Counted from the first letter of the stretch, positions 29,481 to 39,679 are shown. The stretch: 64,000 nucleotides of DNA from Rickettsiales bacterium (GCA_021299465.1 JAJTHB010000005.1:173044-237043), one strand, 5' to 3'. A program made the numbers and translations. The notes: generated from the letters alone by a model not told the origin.

Positions 29481-30052
29481 GGTTTATACAGCGATGCTTT
29501 TAAATGTGCAGCAAGCAAATGATAGGATTCGGTGATTTTTTTGAATTTATCCTCGGCGAGCTTATCGGTTTTATTGATGTCGGGATGGTATTTCTTGACC
29601 ATCTCGCGGTAGCGGCGTTTGAGCTCTTTGGCTTCAAACGGATAGTCAAGATCAAGCAGTGATAGCGCCTTTCTGACTTTCGCGGAAAGCTGCGGCTGTG
29701 CTTTCTTTATTTTGGTTTTGCCGGAGAGAAACTCATACAGCGCATCATGCAGATTGGCGACCGGCTCGCGCAGGCGCGTTTCGCGGTTCCATGTCGGGCG
29801 GTGGCCGGTTACGGCGTCGCGCATGAACGCCTCAATCTCACTTGCATTCATGCCGCGAAAATAATCCCATGTTTGGTTGTGCTTGCGGATATGCTCTAAG
29901 CACAGCCAGCGATAGTCATGGAGTTGATTATTCGACCTCGGTGCTTTATAGACGCCTTGCTCGCGGCAACCCGGCATTTCGCACATAGGCGCTTGGTCGG
30001 GGGGTATGTGCGGTGCAAAATCTTGACGTGCGTTTTTTCTGGGTTTTTTCAT
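29477..30052 (-). CDS. J-domain (DnaJ-like) protein
   Basis: C-terminal HPD J-domain; N-terminal CEMPGC...WLCLEH. Confidence 0.88.
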   Translation of the reverse strand: MKKPRKNARQDFAPHIPPDQAPMCEMPGCREQGVYKAPRSNNQLHDYRWLCLEHIRKHNQTWDYFRGMNASEIEAFMRDAVTGHRPTWNRETRLREPVANLHDALYEFLSGKTKIKKAQPQLSAKVRKALSLLDLDYPFEAKELKRRYREMVKKYHPDINKTDKLAEDKFKKITESYHLLAAHLKASLYKP

Positions 30053-30314
30053 GAGTCGAATCGAGCGAATAAAGGCAATAGTAACGCAGGCGCTAGAGCC
30101 CTGTCACCTTGAAATCATCGACGAATCGCATAAACATGCGGGGCATGCCGGAGCCGCACCAGGCGGTGAAACCCATTACAAGCTCGTGATCAGCAGTAAA
30201 AAGCTGGAGGGTCTAACCAAGGTCAAGGCGCATCAGGCAATTTACCAGTTGCTCGGCGATGAGTTCAAATCAGGCCTGCACGCTTTGGCGATTGAGATTA
30301 AGCCGGTTCCATGA
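30051..30314 (+). CDS. bolA: BolA family protein
   Basis: DESHKHAGH, GETHYKLVI, GLHALAI. Confidence 0.93.
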   Translation: MSRIERIKAIVTQALEPCHLEIIDESHKHAGHAGAAPGGETHYKLVISSKKLEGLTKVKAHQAIYQLLGDEFKSGLHALAIEIKPVP

Positions 30315-30981
30315 CTTTCTTGGACTGCGCTTTTTCCTTTGGCTGCTCTTCGTCCTTATCCTCGGTTAGCGCCAGTATTTCCTTCACCAGCGATTTGATT
30401 TCGCGCGCGGCCTGACTGGTTGGTTCCAGTTCGGTGGCGGTGCGCCCTTCCATCAGCGACGACGCAAAGAGTACGCGGTTGCCGATAGTGGTTTCTGTAA
30501 GTTCCGGCAGTTCATCAGAAATGATACCAGCCAGTTTTGAATTCGCAGTGACGCGGTTCAGCACCACGCGCACAGGAATTTTTTCGGCTTTTGCAAGCTC
30601 CAATGTAGCTTTTGTTGCCCACAGATCCGTTGGGCTTGGTTGAACAGGGATGATGATGAGATCCGCGCTGCGGATAGCGGTGCGTGCCTCGGTTTCGGTA
30701 TGGGGAGGGCTGTCGATGATCACATAATCCTGAGAGCGTTGCAGCCTCGACACCTCACTACCAACGCGCCAGCCGGAAAGTGATGTAAAGGTTAGGCCAG
30801 TATAGCCTTCACCGAATTTATCCTCACGAATTTTGTGCCAATAAGAGAGGCTGCCCTGCGGATCAATATCAACAATCGCGACACGGTTGCCTTTTTGGCT
30901 AAGTGCCACTGCGACGTGAGCGGCGATAGTGGTTTTGCCTGCTCCGCCTTTTTGCTGTGCAATCGTGATGATTTTTGCCAT
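30298..30981 (-). CDS. Orphan ParA-family ATPase
   Basis: QQKGGAGKTT deviant Walker A, VDIDPQGS, IIDSPP; no adjacent parB. Confidence 0.88.
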   Translation of the reverse strand: MAKIITIAQQKGGAGKTTIAAHVAVALSQKGNRVAIVDIDPQGSLSYWHKIREDKFGEGYTGLTFTSLSGWRVGSEVSRLQRSQDYVIIDSPPHTETEARTAIRSADLIIIPVQPSPTDLWATKATLELAKAEKIPVRVVLNRVTANSKLAGIISDELPELTETTIGNRVLFASSLMEGRTATELEPTSQAAREIKSLVKEILALTEDKDEEQPKEKAQSKKVMEPA

Positions 30982-31077
30982 AGTGCGCCTCGTTTTTTAG
31001 ATTAACCAACGTAGCATTACATAAATTGATCTATCATCGCAACTAGATTTAGTAGCCCTGCTGCAAAATAACACCAT

Positions 31078-32022
31078 ATGAACGAAATTGATACAGCCGC
31101 CATATTATTAAGGGACGATAAGCTGGTCGCGATTCCCACTGAGACAGTCTATGGACTGGCTGGTAATGCGCTATCGGATAAGGCTGTGGCTGCCATCTAT
31201 TCAGCCAAGCAAAGGCCGCAGTTTAATCCGCTGATTGTTCATGTGTTATCGATTGAGCATGCGCGCGAGCATGCCCAGATCGATGCAAGGGCGGAATTGC
31301 TTGCCAAAACATTTTGGCCAGGGCCGCTGACCTTGGTGCTTCCCAGAAAAAAAACAAGCAAACTTTCCTTATTGCTTAGCGCTGGTTTGGATAGTGTTGC
31401 CGTTCGTTCGCCTGCTCATCCGCTGGCGCGGGAAGTTTTAGAGAAGTTGGATTTCCCGCTTGCAGCGCCCAGTGCGAATCGCTCTGGCCGTGTAAGCCCT
31501 ACTGAAGCCGCGCATGTTGCAAGCGAACTGGGCGATCGTGTGGCTATGATTCTTGATGGCGGCGCATGTCAGGTTGGGCTGGAATCTACCGTACTTGATT
31601 TAACAACCAATGATGCTTCTATTCTGCGCCATGGCGCGATAACAGTGGATATGCTGGAGCCACTCATTGGTTCTCTGCGAGCGGCATCATCAACCATTAA
31701 AGCGCCTGGCATGCTTGCCAGCCATTATGCGCCATCAAAACCTCTACGAATGAATGCGCTATCAGTCGCTGCGAATGATGCGCTGCTCGCTTTTGGTAAG
31801 CCGGTTGCTGGTGCAGCGGTAATGCAGAATTTGAGTGAGTCAGAAAATCTGGAAGAGGCGGCGGCGAATTTATTTCGCATGATACGGCTGCTGGATAATA
31901 GCGGTGCGAAGGCTATTGCTGTGATGCCGATTCCGGAAAAAGGCCTTGGCCTTGCTATTAATGATCGCCTGCGCCGCGCCGCGCATGGCACGGATTATAA
32001 TGCTCAGGAAGTGATAAGTTAA
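31078..32022 (+). CDS. tsaC: L-threonylcarbamoyladenylate synthase (Sua5 type)
   Basis: PTETVYGLA, KQRPQFNPLIVH, APSANRSG, GLESTV, SUA5 C-terminal domain. Confidence 0.93.
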   Translation: MNEIDTAAILLRDDKLVAIPTETVYGLAGNALSDKAVAAIYSAKQRPQFNPLIVHVLSIEHAREHAQIDARAELLAKTFWPGPLTLVLPRKKTSKLSLLLSAGLDSVAVRSPAHPLAREVLEKLDFPLAAPSANRSGRVSPTEAAHVASELGDRVAMILDGGACQVGLESTVLDLTTNDASILRHGAITVDMLEPLIGSLRAASSTIKAPGMLASHYAPSKPLRMNALSVAANDALLAFGKPVAGAAVMQNLSESENLEEAAANLFRMIRLLDNSGAKAIAVMPIPEKGLGLAINDRLRRAAHGTDYNAQEVIS

Positions 32023-33689
32023 TAGTAACCGAAACTCTCTTTTTCAGAAAATGTTTCACGTGAAACATTTTTGAGCCCCAGCATGCTCTGCGCAACGGCT
32101 TCGGCTACCTTGATGCCATCCACACCCGCGGACAATATGCCGCCAGCATAGCCAGCTCCTTCACCGGCAGGAAAAAGCCCTTTGGTATTAAGGCTTTGGA
32201 AGGTTTCATCGCGCTTGATACGAATGGGCGAAGAGGTTCGGGTTTCAACGCCGGTGAGAACCGCATCATCCATATCAAACCCGCGAATTTTTTTGCCAAA
32301 AGCAGGAAGTGCTTCGCGGATAGCGCTGATGGCAAAGTCAGGAAGGCAAGTCGATAGATCAGTCGGCGTTACTGCGGGCTTATAGGATGGTATTACATCT
32401 CCAAGCGACTGGCTTGGCCTGCCGGCGATAAAATCACCAACACGTTGAGCTGGTGCCGCGTAAGTTCCGCCGCCTGCTTTGAACGCGGCTTCTTCCCATC
32501 TGCGCTGGAAATCAATACCAGCCAGCGGCGAGCCGGGATAATCTTTTTCAGGCGTGATGCCAACCACGATTCCCGCATTAGCATTGCGCTCAGCGCGTGA
32601 ATACTGGCTCATGCCGTTGGTGACGACGCGCCCCTGTTCGGACGCTGCGGCAACGACCGTACCACCCGGGCACATGCAGAAACTATATACATCCCTGCCG
32701 TTGCTTGCGTGGTGTACTAGCTTATAATCCGCAGCTCCTAAAATGGGATGGCCAGCCGATTCTCCAAAACGCGCGCGGTCGATCAGCGATTGTGGGTGTT
32801 CGATGCGAAAGCCAATGGAGAAGGGCTTAGCTTCGATATAGACACCGTTGTCATGCAGCATTTGAAAGGTATCACGTGAGCTATGGCCGATGGCGAGCAC
32901 GACATGATCGGCTTCAAGTTGCTGTCCGTTATCAAGTATCACGCCGCGAATCTGCCGCTCGCCGGCTGTACTGGTTTCTACGTTCAAACCTGTGACTCGG
33001 TTTTGAAAGCGATATTCGCCGCCAAGTGATTCAATTGTGCGGCGCATATTTTCAACCATTTTTACGAGGCGAAAAGTGCCGATATGCGGATGCGCTTCGG
33101 TCAGGATTTCCGGTGGTGCTTCGGCTTTTACGAACTCGGTCAGAACTTTTCTGCCAAGGGAACGCGGGTCTTTAATCTGGCTATAGAGTTTGCCGTCAGA
33201 AAATGTTCCGGCGCCGCCTTCACCATATTGCACGTTGGATTCGGTATGCAAAATTGATTTTCGCCAGAATCCCCAAGTGTCTTTGGTTCGTTCACGAACG
33301 ACTTTACCGCGCTCTAAGATGATCGGTCTAAAGCCCATCTGTGCAAGGATAAGCCCCGCAAATAACCCGCATGGTCCTGTGCCGATCACGACTGGGCGAT
33401 TGGAAAATCCTTCCGGCGCTCGCGCGACAAATTTGTAATCCATATCGGGTTTTATTCTGATCTGGTTTTCGTTTGAAAAGCGCTTTAGCAGCGCCGCTTC
33501 GTTTTCCACCTCAACATCAAGGGTGTAGATCAGCATGATTGCATTTTTCTTGCGTGCATCATGCGCCCGCCTGAATACCTCGCATGAGCGCAGCTGTGAT
33601 GGTGCGATCTTTAAGCGTTGAATAGCCGCTTTCTCGATATCCTGAGGTGGGTGATCAAGCGGAAGTTTGATATCAGTCAGTCGAAGCAT
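32019..33689 (-). CDS. Uncharacterised NAD(P)/FAD-dependent oxidoreductase
   Basis: VIGTGPCGLFA, GEGGAGTFSDGKL, GEGAGYAGGILSAGVDG. Confidence 0.88.
   Translation of the reverse strand: MLRLTDIKLPLDHPPQDIEKAAIQRLKIAPSQLRSCEVFRRAHDARKKNAIMLIYTLDVEVENEAALLKRFSNENQIRIKPDMDYKFVARAPEGFSNRPVVIGTGPCGLFAGLILAQMGFRPIILERGKVVRERTKDTWGFWRKSILHTESNVQYGEGGAGTFSDGKLYSQIKDPRSLGRKVLTEFVKAEAPPEILTEAHPHIGTFRLVKMVENMRRTIESLGGEYRFQNRVTGLNVETSTAGERQIRGVILDNGQQLEADHVVLAIGHSSRDTFQMLHDNGVYIEAKPFSIGFRIEHPQSLIDRARFGESAGHPILGAADYKLVHHASNGRDVYSFCMCPGGTVVAAASEQGRVVTNGMSQYSRAERNANAGIVVGITPEKDYPGSPLAGIDFQRRWEEAAFKAGGGTYAAPAQRVGDFIAGRPSQSLGDVIPSYKPAVTPTDLSTCLPDFAISAIREALPAFGKKIRGFDMDDAVLTGVETRTSSPIRIKRDETFQSLNTKGLFPAGEGAGYAGGILSAGVDGIKVAEAVAQSMLGLKNVSRETFSEKESFGYY
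32052..32067. promoter_or_regulatory. parS site (ParB-binding centromere)
   Basis: Exact consensus TGTTTCACGTGAAACA within a 24-bp perfect palindrome (32048-32071). Confidence 0.88.
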
Positions 33690-33714
33690 AATTCTTACAT
33701 GTCTGTCCAATCGC

Positions 33715-33736
33715 GCCGTAGCGTAAGCGAAGGCGG
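33715..33736. repeat. Short REP-like motif immediately 3' of tRNA-Gln
   Basis: GCCGTAGCGTAAGCGAAGGCGG hairpin-forming 22-mer; single copy in the window. Confidence 0.35.
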
Positions 33737-33737
33737 A

Positions 33738-33811
33738 TGGCTGGGGGACTAGGACTCGAACCTAGATTGACGGAGTCAGAGTCCGCTGTCCTACCATTAG
33801 ACGATCCCCCA
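33738..33811 (-). tRNA. tRNA-Gln(CTG)
   Basis: Reverse complement TGGGGGATCGTCTAATGGTAGGACAGCGGACTCTGACTCCGTCAATCTAGGTTCGAGTCCTAGTCCCCCAGCCA. Confidence 0.95.
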
Positions 33812-33901
33812 ACAGGCTAGGGGCGCAGATTTACTATAAATAGCCGGTTTTTCAACCCCTAAAATGTTGCTTTATTTAATCTTCGCGGGTATAACGCCGC
33901 G

Positions 33902-35227
33902 ATGTCAAAAAACGTTCAAATAGCTCCTAAAGTCGGTTTCGTGAGTCTTGGCTGCGCTAAGGCTCTGGTTGATTCAGAGCGTATCCTGACCCAGCTTCGC
34001 GCGGAAGGGTATGAATTTTCGTCTGGCTACAAAGCAGCGGATCTCGTGATCGTTAACACTTGTGGTTTTCTGGACAGCGCACGTGAGGAATCATTATCTG
34101 CGATCGGCGAAGCGCTAAATGAAAACGGCAAGGTGATCGTAACCGGTTGCATGGGCGCAACGCCGGAGCTTATTCGCAGCAAATATCCCGAGGTGCTTGC
34201 GATCACCGGCCCGCAGCAATATGAATCGGTGGTGCAGGCGGTGCATAAGGCGCTGCCACCGAAACATGATCCTCACCTCGACTTGCTTCCGCCTCAAGGC
34301 ATCAAACTCACGCCGAGGCATTATGCTTATCTCAAAATTTCAGAGGGCTGTAATAATCGCTGTTCGTTCTGCATTATTCCGAAACTGCGCGGTGATCTGG
34401 TGAGCAGGCCAGCGGCTGATGTGCTGTCAGAAGCGGAAAAACTAGTTCAGTCCGGTGTGAAAGAGTTGCTCGTGATTTCGCAGGATACCAGCGCTTACGG
34501 TATCGATACTAAATATGCCGCCAGCCGTTGGAAAGACCGCGAGGTGCGCGCGAAATTCTATGATTTATGTGAAGAACTCGGCAAGCTAGGTGCGTGGGTG
34601 AGGCTGCATTATGTTTATCCTTATCCGCATGTGGATGAAGTGATTCCGATGATGGCGGAAGGAAAGATCCTGCCCTATCTCGATATTCCCTTCCAGCATG
34701 CCAGCCCAAAGGTTTTAAAGGCGATGAAGCGTCCGGCAAATCAGGAAAAAGTGCTGGAGCGTATCGCGAAGTGGCGCAGCATTTGTCCTGACCTCACCAT
34801 CCGTTCGACGTTTATTGTTGGCTTTCCTGGTGAGACCGAAGAAGATTTTGAGTATCTACTCGAATGGCTTGAAGAAGCGCAGCTCGATCGCGTGGGTTGT
34901 TTCCGCTATGAGAATGTTTCCAGCGCTGATTCCAATGCGCTGGCTTGTCATGTATCAGAAGAAGTCAAACAAGAGCGCTGGGAGCGCTTCATGGAAGCTC
35001 AGCAGGTAATCAGCGCAAAACGCCTGAAGCGCCATGTGGGCAGGACGCTGCCGGTGCTGATTGATGAAGTGTCTGAAACGGCGGCAATTGGCCGTTCTCC
35101 AGCCGACGCACCGGAGATTGATGGCGTGGTGCATGTCAAGCTCAAGGGCAGGGTGCTTGCAGGTAGTATTATTCAAGTGAAAATCGAAAGCTCTGATGCC
35201 TACGATTTACATGGGGCCGCCGTATAA
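33902..35227 (+). CDS. rimO: Ribosomal protein S12 methylthiotransferase
   Basis: [21 protein letters not shown] radical-SAM motif, TRAM domain. Confidence 0.96.
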   Translation: MSKNVQIAPKVGFVSLGCAKALVDSERILTQLRAEGYEFSSGYKAADLVIVNTCGFLDSAREESLSAIGEALNENGKVIVTGCMGATPELIRSKYPEVLAITGPQQYESVVQAVHKALPPKHDPHLDLLPPQGIKLTPRHYAYLKISEGCNNRCSFCIIPKLRGDLVSRPAADVLSEAEKLVQSGVKELLVISQDTSAYGIDTKYAASRWKDREVRAKFYDLCEELGKLGAWVRLHYVYPYPHVDEVIPMMAEGKILPYLDIPFQHASPKVLKAMKRPANQEKVLERIAKWRSICPDLTIRSTFIVGFPGETEEDFEYLLEWLEEAQLDRVGCFRYENVSSADSNALACHVSEEVKQERWERFMEAQQVISAKRLKRHVGRTLPVLIDEVSETAAIGRSPADAPEIDGVVHVKLKGRVLAGSIIQVKIESSDAYDLHGAAV

Positions 35228-35283
35228 TTGCGCCTTGACCAGCTTGGGGCGAGCACCCTATAGTCTGGCTCCATTTTATTGAT

Positions 35284-35358
35284 GGCCGAGTAGCAAAGTG
35301 GTAATGCACGGGACTGCAAATCCTGTATTCGGGAGTTCGATTCTCCCCTCGGCCTCCA
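35284..35358 (+). tRNA. tRNA-Cys(GCA)
   Basis: GGCCGAGTAGCAAAGTGGTAATGC...CTGCAAA...GTTCGATTC...CCTCCA cloverleaf. Confidence 0.93.
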
Positions 35359-35366
35359 TCTATTTT

Positions 35367-36500
35367 ATGAAGATTCGCTTTGTTTTACTGAGTTTTTTGT
35401 TAATTGGCCTGGTCTTTAGCAGACCAGCGATCGCTGATAGTTTTTACTTTGTTGAACTCGGTAAAGTGAAATCGCTAAAAGAGGCGGATGAGCAATGGCA
35501 GCAACTACTGGATGCGCATACGGCTTTACTGGGTGATCTGCGTTATTATCCCCGTGAGGTGATTCACGAAGGCAGGCACAGTTTTGTTCATATTTATGCA
35601 GGCCCGATCGAGGACAAAAGCGAAGCGCAAACATTATGCAGCCGGCTTTTTCGAGACAAGATTGCATGTTTCGTGGTCGAAGGCCTTCCTTCTGTGCAAA
35701 AAAAGACAGAGTCAATTGTTGCTGAAGCACCAATTTTACCGTGGCTTTTAGAGGAAGAAAAAAAGCGCGTTGATGAACAGAGGCAGGCTGCTTTACTCCC
35801 GTGGTCGGTAACCAGCCAAGTACAAGAGCCGATTAATGATGAGGTTGCAGAAGCTAAAATAGAAGTCGCGGAAGCTGTTCGTGTTCCACTTAGCGATAAT
35901 GTTTCCTCCTCGCAGCGTTCCCATTCGCCAAGTAACAAACATTGGGTTGTCGTTAAGCACTTCGAAAGACAGCGTGACGCTATTGATTATTGGAAAAGAG
36001 TAAGAGATGAGGCTCAAAATATGACAGTAGGGCTTCGTACTGTCATTAGACGTGGCGCTGGTGATGAGAGGTTTTCATTGCTTGTCGGGCCAGTTTCCAG
36101 CCATTCTGATGCTAGCTATTTATGCTCGATGGCGTTGCTACCGGTCGATCCAAGTTTAAGCTGTGATGTAAAAGAAGATCTGGCAAACGCACGCTCGAAA
36201 CATCGTTATAACAAAACTGAATATGCTCCTGAAGCTGTCGCTCCCTCTCGTGCAGAAAAAGCTGCTTATTGGATACAGCTACCGTTAACCGGTAAAGTTG
36301 AGGACGCTGATATTTTGTGGCAGTCATTGCTTAGAGAGCATGGCGATGTGCTTGCTGAAATTGAATATCGAGGCGTCAGCTCTACTTTGAGGGGACACGC
36401 ATTTCAGCTGGGCAATTTCTCCAGTAAAGATGAGGCGGTTGAACGATGCTACCAACTCATGCAACGCCAGGTGAAATGTCAGGTTTTTGGTGGTTTATAA
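35367..36500 (+). CDS. Secreted protein with SPOR-like domains
   Basis: Signal peptide; repeated modules such as YFVELG...EA..W..L...H..LL.....GP....EA..LC, occurring three times. Confidence 0.7.
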   Translation: MKIRFVLLSFLLIGLVFSRPAIADSFYFVELGKVKSLKEADEQWQQLLDAHTALLGDLRYYPREVIHEGRHSFVHIYAGPIEDKSEAQTLCSRLFRDKIACFVVEGLPSVQKKTESIVAEAPILPWLLEEEKKRVDEQRQAALLPWSVTSQVQEPINDEVAEAKIEVAEAVRVPLSDNVSSSQRSHSPSNKHWVVVKHFERQRDAIDYWKRVRDEAQNMTVGLRTVIRRGAGDERFSLLVGPVSSHSDASYLCSMALLPVDPSLSCDVKEDLANARSKHRYNKTEYAPEAVAPSRAEKAAYWIQLPLTGKVEDADILWQSLLREHGDVLAEIEYRGVSSTLRGHAFQLGNFSSKDEAVERCYQLMQRQVKCQVFGGL

Positions 36501-36585
36501 GCATATAAAAGAACACGCAGATTCTGCTGGTCAACCAGAATGATGTTTGCTATATCAAACGCCCTTAGCCTGTTTTTCTAGGTAT

Positions 36586-36660
36586 TCCGCGATAGCTCAG
36601 CGGTAGAGCATCCGACTGTTAATCGGACGGTCGCTGGTTCGAATCCAGCTCGCGGAGCCA
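36586..36660 (+). tRNA. tRNA-Asn(GTT)
   Basis: TCCGCGATAGCTCAGCGGTAGAGCATCCGACTGTTAATCGGA...GTTCGAATCC...GGAGCCA. Confidence 0.96.
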
Positions 36661-36664
36661 ACGC

Positions 36665-38542
36665 TCATTTTTTTATGATGCGGTTCTGGCCAAAGAACAG
36701 ACTAATTGCGCATGTTTTTGCATCGGCGCTTTCTTTCAATATACCTGCCTGATGATCAGCGGCGAGAAGGCGCGCAAGTTTTAAATTGATATCGTCAGCA
36801 GGGGTATCGGTTGACAAGACCTTGCGGTGGAGCGTTTCTTCGATTGCGCTTTGTGCAAGCTTGATCAATTCACTATCGCTTTTTGTCTTTATTGCCTGAT
36901 TGCTGAATTCAAATAAAAGGTAATTTCTATCTTTTAGCTCATTGAGCCATCTCACACGAATCATGATGGAGGCTTGCTCATGCTGGTTAAATAAGTGCTG
37001 CATAAGGTTTGAAACCATCTGCTGAAGCCTGAATTCATTGATCATGAGGTTTGGCAGATTAGCCGGGCAATCAATTTCAATTTTCCCGTTGCCTGCATTT
37101 AGATTTGATGAAAGCTGCTTGACGCTTTTTTCTATCACCTGATCGACATCGGTTGGTTTTTCATCTTTGGCAACATAACCGCTTTCGGTCTTACTGAAGG
37201 TAAGAAGCTCCGTTAGTTCCGAAAGCATGTGATTGCTGTTTTGGTAGATATCGAGAGCGCATTGGCGATATTTGCGGTTTTCTATTGGCCCATAGACTTG
37301 GTCTTTCATGACCTGAGAGTAGGTGATGATTTCTGTAATTGGCTTTCTTAGTTCCTGACAGATAAAGCCGAGAAATTCCGATTTGCTATGTTTTTCAATT
37401 TCAGACTGCTCTTTGCTTTGCTTCAGCATAAACATTTTATTGCGAAGCTCATCTTCAACACGGTTACTTTCAGAGATATAGTCACTTATTCTCTCAAACT
37501 CCGTAGCGAGATTCTCAATCTCCTGTGATCCGCCTTGTGGCTTATTGGTGTAGGGTTTGCCTCGCGCAATTTCGCTGGCTGCATCGGTTAGCATGAGTAT
37601 CGGGCGGATCATCCGCGCACGCATGATCCACAAAAACAATACAAAAAATATCGCAAAACCCAATACCTGAAGAAGCCTTGACCAGAGTTGGTTTCTTACG
37701 TTTTCATCATTTTTACGGGCGTCATAGCCTAGCAATATTATATAGGGATGAGCAGGGGCTACGCGATAGTAGGTGTAGAGACTCGAGCCAATAAAAAGAT
37801 TGCCGCGTTCAATAATTCCTTTGTTTGATGCGCTTAAGTTGTTTTTAAGCAGTTTCCTTGCAGGGAAATGATTCAGAACGAATTCTTTCTCGTCCGAGAC
37901 CTCTGTGAGTGGCACCAAATTTTTACTCACGATTGCAAAGCTAATGGAATCTGTTTTGAGCAGTGAGCGTATTTCCTGCGTTAGCATCTCTATATCGACA
38001 CTGATCAAGACTGTGCCGATATGCTTGCCGGTATAATGTGTAACACCCATTGCGATTGGGATAATCCAGCGGCCTGATACCCGCCCATCGACAGGCTCGC
38101 CGATTTGCATTTTCCATGGCTCGTTATAAGCCAGTTTCACATAGTCTCTATCCGAGACATCAATTGGTTCATCCAATACGCCTTTGTTGCTACTTACGAC
38201 AACCTTGCCTTGCGGGCTCACGAATGAGAAAACTGAGTAAATGCTGCCTTTTGTCTCAAAGGATTTCAGCATTCCAGCCATCTGGTTCAAATCCTGCTTA
38301 TCAAATACAGAAATCTGTTTTCCCAATGAACTGAGCAGGTAGCTGCCGTAACGAAGATCACGCTCAAGACTTCGTTCGATTTTACTGGATTCATCGTCGA
38401 GCTTAACGCTTACCTGCCTGGCATGTTTGACATAGGTGCCATAGCTTACCCATGCCGAAATCAGAAAAAGCACAAACAATATCGCCGCGGCTAGTAAGGC
38501 GAAGTCACGTGACAAGGATGGCTGTGACCATGGTGCTTTCAT
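36665..38542 (-). CDS. Cache-domain sensor pseudo-histidine kinase (His to Gln; degenerate ATPase domain)
   Basis: KSEFLGFICQELRKPI versus canonical SHELRTPL; no DxGxG or GxGLG boxes. Confidence 0.8.
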   Translation of the reverse strand: MKAPWSQPSLSRDFALLAAAILFVLFLISAWVSYGTYVKHARQVSVKLDDESSKIERSLERDLRYGSYLLSSLGKQISVFDKQDLNQMAGMLKSFETKGSIYSVFSFVSPQGKVVVSSNKGVLDEPIDVSDRDYVKLAYNEPWKMQIGEPVDGRVSGRWIIPIAMGVTHYTGKHIGTVLISVDIEMLTQEIRSLLKTDSISFAIVSKNLVPLTEVSDEKEFVLNHFPARKLLKNNLSASNKGIIERGNLFIGSSLYTYYRVAPAHPYIILLGYDARKNDENVRNQLWSRLLQVLGFAIFFVLFLWIMRARMIRPILMLTDAASEIARGKPYTNKPQGGSQEIENLATEFERISDYISESNRVEDELRNKMFMLKQSKEQSEIEKHSKSEFLGFICQELRKPITEIITYSQVMKDQVYGPIENRKYRQCALDIYQNSNHMLSELTELLTFSKTESGYVAKDEKPTDVDQVIEKSVKQLSSNLNAGNGKIEIDCPANLPNLMINEFRLQQMVSNLMQHLFNQHEQASIMIRVRWLNELKDRNYLLFEFSNQAIKTKSDSELIKLAQSAIEETLHRKVLSTDTPADDINLKLARLLAADHQAGILKESADAKTCAISLFFGQNRIIKK

Positions 38543-38579
38543 GGAACAAACTATAAGAGATTAAAGAGAAATAGGCAAA

Positions 38580-39674
38580 CTATAGCGCAGCCGAAAGCTG
38601 ACTATCAGCGGCTGGCTGGTTTTCAAGGCGTGCTGCAAAGGAACGATTAGGCTCCAGTTTATGTTTTATCGTTCTAGGATCAATCATTTCAGGCTGGGAA
38701 TTTTGAATATAAAAAGCATCATCGTCATCAATGAATGACTTTGGCACACCTAATGCCGCACTGACATCATGTGCAACATCAGGGCGCGGTGTTTTATTCG
38801 CACGTTTCTTAGCCGAAAGGCGGCTAATCGCATTCCAGATAATAATGGCAGCACTTGTGGCATAGAGGTCCAGCGCAATCACTTTGCCAAACCGGTAGGT
38901 TTTGTTTGCCTGCTGAAGCTCGGTTAATTCTTTCGTAATTGGAGTTGCGGCAATGGCTTTGCCTTCTTTACTCAAAAAAGCAAATTTGCGGGCGAACCAA
39001 TCTTCATATTTATCGAACCAGTATTTATCGGTCGTTTTATCTTTGCCAAGCAATATGTCTGCTGTGATGAAGGATGTTGCAACTGTTGTGAAAGCTGCAA
39101 GCCTGCCTTTGATGACATCGGTCCAGTCTTGTTTTGGAATATCCTTCAGGCGCTCGTGGGCAATTTCTACTTCGCCGGGTTTGCCAATCTTGCGATTAAA
39201 GAAATTGGCAATGGATTCACGGCTATTCTCAAGCCATTTGAGCATTGGAGCAAAGAGATTGCCACCGTGAAACAGTGTCATGGTACTGGCTAAAGCCGCA
39301 GCAACTCTTGCATGTCCCTCTGTTTTTCCGCCTAGTGGATAGATTGGGTTTTCAAGCAGTACCTTTTCAAACCACTGCTGAAACTTTTTGAAAATGTTAG
39401 GGATGCCAGCATAGCTATCTTTGGCATATTTAGGATTAGCAGCAAAGGCTAGAACCGCAGTAATCGCAATGATAAACGCCTTTCCAGTAAGGAACTGGAA
39501 TACATCATAGGCACGCTCGCCGGTTGTTTTTTTGGAGATATCAATGGGCGGTTTGGTTTTCGTCGCTTCGCCTTGTGCAGAGTCGTTCTGCGCTATCTGT
39601 ACGCCAGCAACAGCTGACGGCGAGGTGTCTTGGCGCGCCTTAGTCTCACTCTCTGATGTTGGGCGCTGAACCAT
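38580..39674 (-). CDS. Hypothetical membrane protein, tandem paralogue 3
   Basis: PKQDWTDVIKGRL motif shared with the two neighbours; TM segments. Confidence 0.75.
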   Translation of the reverse strand: MVQRPTSESETKARQDTSPSAVAGVQIAQNDSAQGEATKTKPPIDISKKTTGERAYDVFQFLTGKAFIIAITAVLAFAANPKYAKDSYAGIPNIFKKFQQWFEKVLLENPIYPLGGKTEGHARVAAALASTMTLFHGGNLFAPMLKWLENSRESIANFFNRKIGKPGEVEIAHERLKDIPKQDWTDVIKGRLAAFTTVATSFITADILLGKDKTTDKYWFDKYEDWFARKFAFLSKEGKAIAATPITKELTELQQANKTYRFGKVIALDLYATSAAIIIWNAISRLSAKKRANKTPRPDVAHDVSAALGVPKSFIDDDDAFYIQNSQPEMIDPRTIKHKLEPNRSFAARLENQPAADSQLSAAL

Positions 39675-39679
39675 TGCCG

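Noticed and set aside
35298-35366. N-terminal extension of the SPOR protein ORF
   Set aside because: It overlaps tRNA-Cys; the signal peptide begins at ATG 35367.
33738-36660. Three tRNAs as island integration sites
   Set aside because: No integrase or duplicated tRNA 3' ends seen; the flanks are housekeeping-like.
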